A stretch of 64,000 bases of DNA from Terrimicrobiaceae bacterium. Its GTDB lineage: Bacteria > Verrucomicrobiota > Verrucomicrobiia > Chthoniobacterales > Terrimicrobiaceae. The position numbers and the translations under genes are program-made. The notes under the pieces are model-generated. The model saw nothing but the letters and a program-made list of their open reading frames with translations. It was not told the origin of the DNA and ran no database searches. Positions 27,153 through 35,044 of this stretch are shown here, in pieces; the stretch's first letter is position 1, and every line of letters begins with the position of its first letter. The stretch lies in assembly GCA_041752695.1 (NCBI GenBank), contig JBGSVZ010000085.1, positions 115,851 through 179,850 of the forward strand. Direction: 5' to 3'.

Positions 27153-28010
27153 TTACGTTGCTGGCCCGTTTTTGGCCACTTTTTCGGAAGGATTATTTGC
27201 CGGCACCTCGACTTGGGCGGCTTCGGCAGCGGCTTTCACCTTGCCCGCATACCAGACCGCGTACTCTTCGGGGGACACCACGCGAATGGGAGCCTTCATG
27301 TTGTAATGACCGATCCCACAGAGCTGACTGCAGGCCAGTTCGAAATTTCCCGCGCGCTCCACTTCGAACCAAACCCAGGAAATGGTCCGGCCAGGCACGG
27401 CGTCCTGATAGAGGCGGAAAGAGGGCACGTAAAACGAATGGATGACATCGCGGGAGTTCAAGAGAACATGAACCGGTTTGCCGTAGGGAATGACCAATTC
27501 CGTGGAGGTAAAATCATCCTTCCCGGCCAGATCCTCCGCGGGAACCCCAAACTTGCTGGCGGTCGAAATTTGCGCGATGTCCGTGCGACCAAGCTGGTTG
27601 TCGGCACCGCCGTAGCGCATTTCCCAACCGTATTGGTAGGAGAAGATATTCACCTGGATCGCATCCGGTGGCGGGGTGCGATGAAGGTCCGCCCAAACCC
27701 GGTTGCTGTAGATGCCCAATCCGAGGAAAATGGCCACCGGGATGGTGGTCCAGATGATTTCCAGGAAGTTGTTTCCGTGGCTGTAGTGAGCCTTTACCCC
27801 CGGCTTGCGGCGATACTTGATGAGATAATAGACGTAAACGATCTGCGTCAGGAAAAAAACGATGACCGTGAGCCAGAAAATAAAGTTCAGGATCCCGTCG
27901 ATCTGGCGCCCACCCACCGTGACGTTGGGCGGAGCCCAGTACAGACTGTTCGCTTCCGCGGGCACCAACCCGGCGGCAATCACGGTAAAAATCAAAAGCA
28001 GAAATTTCAT
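27153..28010 (-). CDS. ctaC: Cytochrome c oxidase subunit II (CuA, no fused cytochrome c)
   Basis: Two TMs, LEIIWT, DVIHSF and CSQLCGIGHYNM CuA motif. No CxxCH. Confidence 0.95.
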   Translation of the reverse strand: MKFLLLIFTVIAAGLVPAEANSLYWAPPNVTVGGRQIDGILNFIFWLTVIVFFLTQIVYVYYLIKYRRKPGVKAHYSHGNNFLEIIWTTIPVAIFLGLGIYSNRVWADLHRTPPPDAIQVNIFSYQYGWEMRYGGADNQLGRTDIAQISTASKFGVPAEDLAGKDDFTSTELVIPYGKPVHVLLNSRDVIHSFYVPSFRLYQDAVPGRTISWVWFEVERAGNFELACSQLCGIGHYNMKAPIRVVSPEEYAVWYAGKVKAAAEAAQVEVPANNPSEKVAKNGPAT

Positions 28011-28012
28011 GG

Positions 28013-28732
28013 TTAGGTTCCCGGGGCGGGGGCAGGCGCGGCCGCCGGCGCAGGCGCGGCGCCAGCCTCACCCACAAGTACACGCTCTATCGCCTGAAGT
28101 TCCTTTTGCGTCCAGGGATCTTTGCGGTCCTTGGTTTCCTCCCGGATCTGCGCGACGAATTCCTTAGTGATCGGCGGGGCCTGGTTGCCCCACGTGTTGC
28201 GCACGTAGGTGAGTACCGCGGCAATCTGGTCGTCTTTCAAAACGGATCCCCACGGTGCCATGGCGTTGTTATATTGGGCACCCATCACGGTAACAGGTCC
28301 CTGCAAACCGTTCAGAACAATTTTCACAATGTGATTATCCCCATGCCAGTCTTGGGACAGCACCCACTCGCTTCCCACCAGGGGAGGGAACTGTCCGGCG
28401 ACACCAAGACCACTCGTCTGATGACAGACCGCGCAGCTCTGGGTGAAAACTTTTTTGCCCACCACCATCGGGTCAGGCGCAGCCGCAGCACCACCCGTGC
28501 CGGCCCCGTCCCAGGCCACCCGGGACGGATTAAACACATTGGCCTGAAAACCGCCGCTGTTCCAAAAAAGGTATCCCGCACCGACAAAAGCAATCGCCAA
28601 AAAGGCAACCATCAGCCAGGGAGAAAGGGTTTCCGAACCGGTGGTCGGCGCGGACGACTCAAGCAGGAGTGGCTCGTGGGATTCCACGAGATCGGCTTCT
28701 TCCCGATTGTGAGGTGAAGGGTCGTTCGTCAC
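28013..28732 (-). CDS. Membrane-anchored monoheme cytochrome c
   Basis: TM helix, CAVCH, GQFPPLVGS and NNAMAPW (Met ligand). Confidence 0.9.
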   Translation of the reverse strand: MTNDPSPHNREEADLVESHEPLLLESSAPTTGSETLSPWLMVAFLAIAFVGAGYLFWNSGGFQANVFNPSRVAWDGAGTGGAAAAPDPMVVGKKVFTQSCAVCHQTSGLGVAGQFPPLVGSEWVLSQDWHGDNHIVKIVLNGLQGPVTVMGAQYNNAMAPWGSVLKDDQIAAVLTYVRNTWGNQAPPITKEFVAQIREETKDRKDPWTQKELQAIERVLVGEAGAAPAPAAAPAPAPGT

Positions 28733-28734
28733 GG

Positions 28735-29352
28735 CTATTGAAGAGGTTCTGCTTCCGGCAGCGTGTAGTTGCGTTTCAGCGAAAGAAGGTAAACCACCAG
28801 GGCCTGCGCGTCTTCCGTGGGAACCACTTCGTAGCCAGGTTGTGGGGCGTGAGGACCGGTCAGACCCTGGAGGGCAAGGGCGCTAGGCTGGCCGCTGATT
28901 TTCCGGATGTTGTAGAGGTACCGGAACGACGGCATATTCGACCCCGGCGTCACTGTCGTGGGTTCGTAAAGATGGCGATGGAACCAGGCGGCATCCGACG
29001 AAAGCAAGCCCGCGTTGGTCAGATCCGGACCGATCCGGAGACTGCCCAGAGCGGCAGGCTGTTCCCGCAAATAATCGCGGGCGACCGTGGGGCGCGGGCC
29101 AAGTTTGTTGGCCACATCATTCGAATCAGAGCGGACTTGCTGGGAATGGCAGGACACGCATCCATTGGCGGCGTAAACGCGCATTCCCGCCTCAGCGAGG
29201 CCTGGAAGCGGAGGAGGGTTCACATCGCCCGAGGCCTCATCCAAGTGCGGTGCCAATCGACCCAGTTCCACGTAGGAATAGGCCACCACTCCGATCCATG
29301 AAGCCGCGAAGGTCAAAACAATGCCGGTGATCAATGAGGGAAGCCGGTTCAT
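28735..29352 (-). CDS. ccoO: cbb3-type oxidase subunit II-like (CcoO/FixO) monoheme cytochrome
   Basis: GCVSCHSQQVR, RIGPDL and PGSNMPSF motifs; N-terminal TM. Confidence 0.85.
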   Translation of the reverse strand: MNRLPSLITGIVLTFAASWIGVVAYSYVELGRLAPHLDEASGDVNPPPLPGLAEAGMRVYAANGCVSCHSQQVRSDSNDVANKLGPRPTVARDYLREQPAALGSLRIGPDLTNAGLLSSDAAWFHRHLYEPTTVTPGSNMPSFRYLYNIRKISGQPSALALQGLTGPHAPQPGYEVVPTEDAQALVVYLLSLKRNYTLPEAEPLQ

Positions 29353-30758
29353 ACCGTGACTCCTTTCTTTTTCACCGGCGGCAACACGTCGGCTTTTCTC
29401 AGAAGCATATCCACAAACGCCCCGGCAAATGACAAGCAGCCAAGGAAAAAGATCAGGTCTCCAATCGTACTGAGGAAACGGAAGGGTTGCACAAGATTGA
29501 GCGAGGTCAGGAACGTCACGCCGGGATCAGAAAGGGCAAAGCCCTGGATAAGGCCGCCCAGGCACAGAGAAGCAACGCTCAAACCAATACCGGTGGCCAC
29601 CAGCCAGAAATGCCAACCGGTTCCCACCGGGCAAAACTCTTCGCCGGTCAGGCGGGGAATAATAAAATACATCGCGCCGAAGAGCGACATGGTGATGAAT
29701 CCGAGCAGGACCAAAACGCTCTGACCCGTCACATAATCGGAGAACTGTGTCACCACGGACAAGATCGGGGCGAGCGCGTTCTGCGCCACCGCGGCCGCCA
29801 TGCACACCAAGCCAAAAATTGTGAAACTCAGCGCTGGCCCTTTCACCGGCCCGCTCACCGTACCGAAGGTGTTGATTCCGATCAGGATCACCGGGATCAC
29901 CAGCAGGATGCTTGCCGCCACGCCGGCGCTGACGAGCCAAGCCGGAACAGGACCACCAATCAAACTGCGCGTTCCGCTCCAACCCCCGAGGAAAGCCACG
30001 CCCCAGAAAGCCAGAATGCTCCAGGGGTAGGCGCGGATGGACCGGCCCTGGGTTTGCGGGATCACGTAATAGGCGCTGGCCAGGGCCAGAGGTGCGAGCC
30101 AGAGCCAGATCAAGTTGCTCCCAAACCACCAGGCAATGGGGGCCTGCGCGGAACCCTGCACCGGATTAACCACGAGCAGCAAGTTGGCCGTCGCGTAAAA
30201 CCAGGGGAACCAGAGGAAAGCCGCCAGCAAATACCACTGCGTCACATAAAGCCCCGAGGAAGAACGGTCTCGCAGCAGCACCAGACTCCAGATGCCAATA
30301 CAGGCGAAGGCCACCAACAAAATTCCCGAGGCGAACGCGGGGAACTCCAACCCCTCGATCGAGGTGCTCATTCCACCCACAATTCCGCAGAGGCCCAGAA
30401 GCACACCGAGGTTCCAAAAAATTGCCGCCGTAATCAGAAGCTTGGATTGGTTCAACACCGTGCGACCCAGACGCGCCAGCAACCAGAGGCCGGCGCCAAT
30501 GCCCGCCTGCGAGGCCCAGCCGTAGATCAGCGCATTTTCCGCCGCAGGCTGGATCCGTCCATAGGTAAGCCAGGAAATCCCGTCCAAAAAGCCAGGGTGA
30601 ATCAACTTCCAGGAGGCAACGAAAGCCAGGAGGGACCCAACCACCAACCAGAAGAGAGCCGAACCGAAAAACAACATCACCGGGAGCCTCAGGGAGGCAT
30701 CGGAATCCGAAGGAGCGGCAGAGAAGGGTTTCACAGCGAGAGAACTCATGGTCGTCAA
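29349..30758 (-). CDS. cbb3-type oxidase subunit I-like (CcoN fold) lacking the heme/CuB histidines
   Basis: About 12 hydrophobic segments with CcoN-like landmarks (TYGRIQP, S.EGLEFP, LYVTQWY, WWFGSN, YYVIP, GGPVPAW, FGAMYFIIPRL). Only 2 His in the whole protein. Confidence 0.8.
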   Translation of the reverse strand: MTTMSSLAVKPFSAAPSDSDASLRLPVMLFFGSALFWLVVGSLLAFVASWKLIHPGFLDGISWLTYGRIQPAAENALIYGWASQAGIGAGLWLLARLGRTVLNQSKLLITAAIFWNLGVLLGLCGIVGGMSTSIEGLEFPAFASGILLVAFACIGIWSLVLLRDRSSSGLYVTQWYLLAAFLWFPWFYATANLLLVVNPVQGSAQAPIAWWFGSNLIWLWLAPLALASAYYVIPQTQGRSIRAYPWSILAFWGVAFLGGWSGTRSLIGGPVPAWLVSAGVAASILLVIPVILIGINTFGTVSGPVKGPALSFTIFGLVCMAAAVAQNALAPILSVVTQFSDYVTGQSVLVLLGFITMSLFGAMYFIIPRLTGEEFCPVGTGWHFWLVATGIGLSVASLCLGGLIQGFALSDPGVTFLTSLNLVQPFRFLSTIGDLIFFLGCLSFAGAFVDMLLRKADVLPPVKKKGVTV

Positions 30759-31150
30759 TTCGCCGGGGCGGGTTGCGCCGCGGGAGGGGCGGGCGGTTGC
30801 GCGGCAGGGGCAGAAACGTCAGCCGCCACAGGAGGGGGCACAATCGGGCCGGCCGGTGCCGGGGGGCGGGAGTTCAGCCTGACAGCGGCCAGCTCCATGG
30901 CCCGCGTGATCGGAATCTGCACCTGACCCTTGGCCTTGTCCACCCAGGCAAAATTGTTCAGCTTCAGGGCATTCTCGGCGAGGAGATCTTCGTGGGCTTT
31001 GGTGCGTTCCGCCGCGCGGGCGGCGTCTTCCGCCGGAGCGCCCGGGTTGGTGGCGAGCAGAAATTTGACCGCGAGGGCAAAGAGAAAAATCAGGACGAAG
31101 CCGACAAGGACGACCGGCCAGAGACGTTTGGATTGGGAAGCGGTTTCCAT
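30755..31150 (-). CDS. ACIII-associated single-TM protein (ActG-like)
   Basis: One TM, WVDKAKGQVQIPITRAM motif, Pro/Ala-rich tail; located right after actF. Confidence 0.7.
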   Translation of the reverse strand: METASQSKRLWPVVLVGFVLIFLFALAVKFLLATNPGAPAEDAARAAERTKAHEDLLAENALKLNNFAWVDKAKGQVQIPITRAMELAAVRLNSRPPAPAGPIVPPPVAADVSAPAAQPPAPPAAQPAPAN

Positions 31151-32376
31151 CAGTTTTTCAGGGCGATGGATTGAGACAGGCGAGGGTCGCGTGCCGGATA
31201 AAGAGACGATTCCCCGAGCCGCTTGATGAAGACCGCCGCCAGGGTGCAGCCCACGGCGATGAGGCTGAAAACATCAAGGAAAACCGAGCCCAACGAGAAG
31301 CCTGCCTTGTGCAAGGCCGGCATGACGATGATGTACATGTCGAGCAGGTGCATGGCCAGAATCCACACCGCCATGCCGCACAGGACAAACGGAGTCCGTT
31401 TCGAGCGATTAAAAAGCAGGAAGAGGAACGGCGCAAAGAAATGCCCGATTACCATAAACTGACTGCCGAACCACCAGGTCCCCGTATTCCGGCGGAGAAA
31501 ATACACGGTTTCCTCGGGAATGTTCGCATACCAGATGAGCATGTATTGGCTGAAACCGATGTACGCCCAAAAGATCGTAAAGGCCATCATGAGTTTGCCC
31601 ATGATGTGGTAGTGCTCCATCGTCACGATCCCTTTGAGGTATCCCGCGCTGCGCAGGGCCGTGGTGATGAGCACGAGGACACACATCGAGCTCAGCGCCG
31701 TGCCGGCAAAGATGTAAACGCCCCACATCGTGGAAAACCAGTGGTAATCGAGACCCATCAACCAATCTACGGCGGCGAACGTCAGACAGACCGCAAAAAG
31801 CAGAGCGCAGGAAAACGTGACGCGACGATTCAGGATCGTGTAGCGGGGAGAACCATCCTTGTCCTGCGCGATGGAGAACCCGCGCAGCAATCCCCCGCAA
31901 ACCGTGAAAAACACGAAATAAAAGCCGGCACGGATCCAGAAGAACCATGGGTTGAGATACGCCGCCTTTTCGATCAACAGCGGATCGTTGGCATTTTCCG
32001 GCAGCATCCACTTCCAAAGCAGCGGAGCGACAAAAATGAGCGGGATAAACAAGGCCGCCATCACCGGAAGAAGGCTCGCCAGGTTTTCCATCTGACGCCG
32101 CACCACAACGCTCCACTCGGCGTCGACCGCGTGGTGAACCAGCGTCCAAAACAACCCGCCCATGCAGATTGTCAGGAAAAAGAAAAACGCAAACAGATAA
32201 GAAAAGGCAAATTGCTTGAGTCCGGCCTGATTGCCGGAAACGGCAAAATAGATGGCCGAGCCCAAGACAATGACAAAGGCTGCCACCGCAAAGGCGACAA
32301 GGCCGAGGAAACGCCCTCCGACATGTTTATAGTCGAAGAACTCCGGTTTGGGTGCGGCGTGGGAATGATCGCTCAT
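31150..32376 (-). CDS. actF: Alternative complex III subunit ActF
   Basis: Polytopic membrane protein with WSVVVRR.ME, DWLMGLDYHWFSTMWG and FSQYMLIWYANIPEE. Confidence 0.9.
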   Translation of the reverse strand: MSDHSHAAPKPEFFDYKHVGGRFLGLVAFAVAAFVIVLGSAIYFAVSGNQAGLKQFAFSYLFAFFFFLTICMGGLFWTLVHHAVDAEWSVVVRRQMENLASLLPVMAALFIPLIFVAPLLWKWMLPENANDPLLIEKAAYLNPWFFWIRAGFYFVFFTVCGGLLRGFSIAQDKDGSPRYTILNRRVTFSCALLFAVCLTFAAVDWLMGLDYHWFSTMWGVYIFAGTALSSMCVLVLITTALRSAGYLKGIVTMEHYHIMGKLMMAFTIFWAYIGFSQYMLIWYANIPEETVYFLRRNTGTWWFGSQFMVIGHFFAPFLFLLFNRSKRTPFVLCGMAVWILAMHLLDMYIIVMPALHKAGFSLGSVFLDVFSLIAVGCTLAAVFIKRLGESSLYPARDPRLSQSIALKN

Positions 32377-32378
32377 GC

Positions 32379-33068
32379 TTACTGAACCTCCAGCTTGGCG
32401 CGCTCGTCGGGAGGCACGTCGTCAATCGTGGCCCCGCCCTGCGAGATTTGCAGCGCGCGGAGATACGCAATGATCGCCCAGCGGTCCTGCACCTGAATGC
32501 GGTCGCCGTAGCTCATCATCGTGTTCTTGCCATGCGTGATGGTGTTGAAAATTTCGCCGTCGGACATCACTTTGATGCGCTCCTGGATGAGGCTCTGCAC
32601 CGTGCTGAGACCGAATTTATAAGCCATGCCGTTGCCCGCGCCTGTCTGCCCATGGCAAACCGCACAGGTGATATTATACCGCTCCTTGCCGCGGGCCATG
32701 ACCACAGGAGTGACTTCAAAGGGAATGCCCGTGCCCCAATTCTCTCCCATTTTCCCCGTATCCGCGTAATCGAGGGCGCCCGTAAAATTGATGTTTTTAT
32801 AAGGGCTGGGATTCAGGCCGACCGAGCCGTCCGCGGGTTTGTGCTGCGGCATCGAGTAGCCCATGGGAACGGTGCCGACGACCGGTTCGCGGTTGCCCCG
32901 GCCATCCGCGAAAAATTCGCTCCGCACCTGGGCTTTCACCTTCGGCTGATGGTCCATGTCCGGGAAGATCTCAATGGGCGGTTTGGTGGACTTTTGTCCA
33001 CGGAACCCTGCCATCGCCAGAACGACGATGACCAGAAAGGCAAAGATGGCGAAAAAATATTTCAACAT
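32379..33068 (-). CDS. actE: Alternative complex III monoheme cytochrome c ActE
   Basis: FPDMDHQPK, CAVCHG, M.SY and DRWAIIAYLRALQ. Confidence 0.9.
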   Translation of the reverse strand: MLKYFFAIFAFLVIVVLAMAGFRGQKSTKPPIEIFPDMDHQPKVKAQVRSEFFADGRGNREPVVGTVPMGYSMPQHKPADGSVGLNPSPYKNINFTGALDYADTGKMGENWGTGIPFEVTPVVMARGKERYNITCAVCHGQTGAGNGMAYKFGLSTVQSLIQERIKVMSDGEIFNTITHGKNTMMSYGDRIQVQDRWAIIAYLRALQISQGGATIDDVPPDERAKLEVQ

Positions 33069-33072
33069 GGCC

Positions 33073-33633
33073 TTAGTCTTCGTGCACCAGGGTGATGTTT
33101 TGCCCGCCGAGGGATTGCAGGAAATCCTGCACGCCCCGCTCGGAGAACTTCGGGTCGCTCGTTTCGATCACGCAGAAAAATTTGTCGTCACTGACTTTCT
33201 TAAAGCGCTCCCAATTGAACATCGGGTGGTTCAAACGCGGCAGACCATTCATGATCAGCATGCCCAGGACCGTGGTGAAGGCGGAAAACAACACGGTCAA
33301 TTCGAACATGATCGGGAAAAACGCCGGCACGGTGAACAAGTTCGTCGGTTTGCCCGCCACGATCAGCGGGTAGATGATGGAGCTCGGGATGAAGGTCAGG
33401 CCGACAGCCGTCAGGAAACCGGTGAGACCCCCGATGAAAATGATTTTTCCGAGCAGCGAGCGCTTCAGGCCCATGGCATCGTCCATTCCGTGGATCGGGA
33501 AGGGCGAAAAGACATCATACCGGGTGTAGCCCGAGTCGCGCAGTTTTTCCGCCGCCTGGAACAATTCCGTGGCCGTGTTGAACTCCGCGGCCACTCCGTA
33601 GGGCTTCGATTGGGTATCGCCTGCGATTTCCAT
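33073..33633 (-). CDS. actD: Alternative complex III subunit ActD (DUF3341)
   Basis: SPFPIHGMD, YPLIVAGKP and FELTVLF. ATG 33633 follows GGAGG; alternative start at 33651. Confidence 0.9.
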   Translation of the reverse strand: MEIAGDTQSKPYGVAAEFNTATELFQAAEKLRDSGYTRYDVFSPFPIHGMDDAMGLKRSLLGKIIFIGGLTGFLTAVGLTFIPSSIIYPLIVAGKPTNLFTVPAFFPIMFELTVLFSAFTTVLGMLIMNGLPRLNHPMFNWERFKKVSDDKFFCVIETSDPKFSERGVQDFLQSLGGQNITLVHED

Positions 33634-33634
33634 C

Positions 33635-35044
33635 TCAGTGTTTCCCTCCATGGTGCGGGTCGGCTTCCGGCAGGACAGCTTTCACCTCAAACATACAAAT
33701 CATCGGCAGGAAGCGGATAAAGAGCAGGAACAACGTGCCAAAGAGCCCGAAGGTCCCGATGAACATCCAGATATCCACCCAGGTCGGGTGGAACTGGCCC
33801 CAGGCCGAAGGCGTGAAGTCCCGGGCCAGGGTTGTCGCGATGATGACAAAACGCTCATACCACATGCCCGCATTCGGGAACTGGCAGATGATCCAGACCC
33901 AGACGAGGTGGGTGCGGAAGAATTTGAACCAGAAGATCTGTGGCGCGATGACGTTGCAGAACATCATGGCCCAATAAGCCCACCAATAGGGACCAAAGGC
34001 GCGGAACCAGAACGCAGCGCGCTCGTAGGGATTCGCGCTGTACCATGCCATGAACAGCTCCATGAGATAGGCGTAACCAACGATGGAGCCGGTGAAGACG
34101 ATCACCTTGCACATCTTGTCCACGTGCGAAATCGTCACGAGGTCGTGCAGCGGCTTGTAGAGCGCGCAGGCGGGAATCATGATGGTGAGCACCATCGCAA
34201 AACCGCCGAAAATGGCGCCCGCCACGAAATAAGGCGGGAAAATGGTCGTGTGCCAGCCGGGAATGACCGACGTCGCAAAGTCGAACGACACCACCGAGTG
34301 CACCGAGAGCACGAGCGGCGTGGAGAGTCCGGCGAGAATCAGGTAGGCCATCTCGTAATGGCGCCACTGACGGTTGCCTCCGCGCCAACCCAGGGCGAGG
34401 AAGCCGTAGGCAAACTTGCGGATCTTGGTTTTCGCGCGATCCCGCAGTGTCGCAAGGTCGGGGATGAGTCCGACATACCAGAACAACACGGACACGGTGA
34501 AATAGGTCGAGACGGCGAACACGTCCCAAAGCAAGGGACTGCGGAAGTTTTGCCAGATGCCGTTGGCATTCGGCACGGGGGCCAGGAACCACGCCATCCA
34601 GACACGTCCGACGTGGAGGCCGGGATAGATCGCCGCGCAAACCACCGCGAAGAGCGTCATCGCTTCGGCCGCACGGTTAATGGACGTTCGCCACTTCTGC
34701 CGCGTCAGGAAAAGAATGGCCGAGATGAGCGTTCCGGCGTGGCCGATACCGATCCAGAACACGAAGTTCGTAATGTCCCACGCCCAGCCCACGGGATGGT
34801 TGTTTCCCCAGACGCCGACGCCCGTGGAAATGAGATAAAAGATGCAGAAACCCAGAACTCCGGTAAGCAGCAGGCAGGGGAATAAGCAGGCCCACCACCA
34901 GAGCGGAGTCTTGGACTCGACAATGGAGCTGACGTAATTGGCGATCCAGCCGTAGGTGCGCTGATTCAGAACCAGCGGCGCGCGGGTGAGCGCCGCGTGA
35001 TCCGCCGTCAGATGCTCGGGAGATTTGATGTCGATGTCGGACAT
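33635..35044 (-). CDS. actC: Alternative complex III quinol-binding subunit ActC (NrfD/PsrC family)
   Basis: [42 protein letters not shown] and WYERF. Confidence 0.95.
   Translation of the reverse strand: MSDIDIKSPEHLTADHAALTRAPLVLNQRTYGWIANYVSSIVESKTPLWWWACLFPCLLLTGVLGFCIFYLISTGVGVWGNNHPVGWAWDITNFVFWIGIGHAGTLISAILFLTRQKWRTSINRAAEAMTLFAVVCAAIYPGLHVGRVWMAWFLAPVPNANGIWQNFRSPLLWDVFAVSTYFTVSVLFWYVGLIPDLATLRDRAKTKIRKFAYGFLALGWRGGNRQWRHYEMAYLILAGLSTPLVLSVHSVVSFDFATSVIPGWHTTIFPPYFVAGAIFGGFAMVLTIMIPACALYKPLHDLVTISHVDKMCKVIVFTGSIVGYAYLMELFMAWYSANPYERAAFWFRAFGPYWWAYWAMMFCNVIAPQIFWFKFFRTHLVWVWIICQFPNAGMWYERFVIIATTLARDFTPSAWGQFHPTWVDIWMFIGTFGLFGTLFLLFIRFLPMICMFEVKAVLPEADPHHGGKH

Noticed and set aside
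29349..30758. Functional cbb3 oxidase, or a conventional pseudogene
   Set aside because: No metal-ligand His, so not catalytic. No stops or frameshifts and translational coupling is intact, so not obviously a pseudogene.
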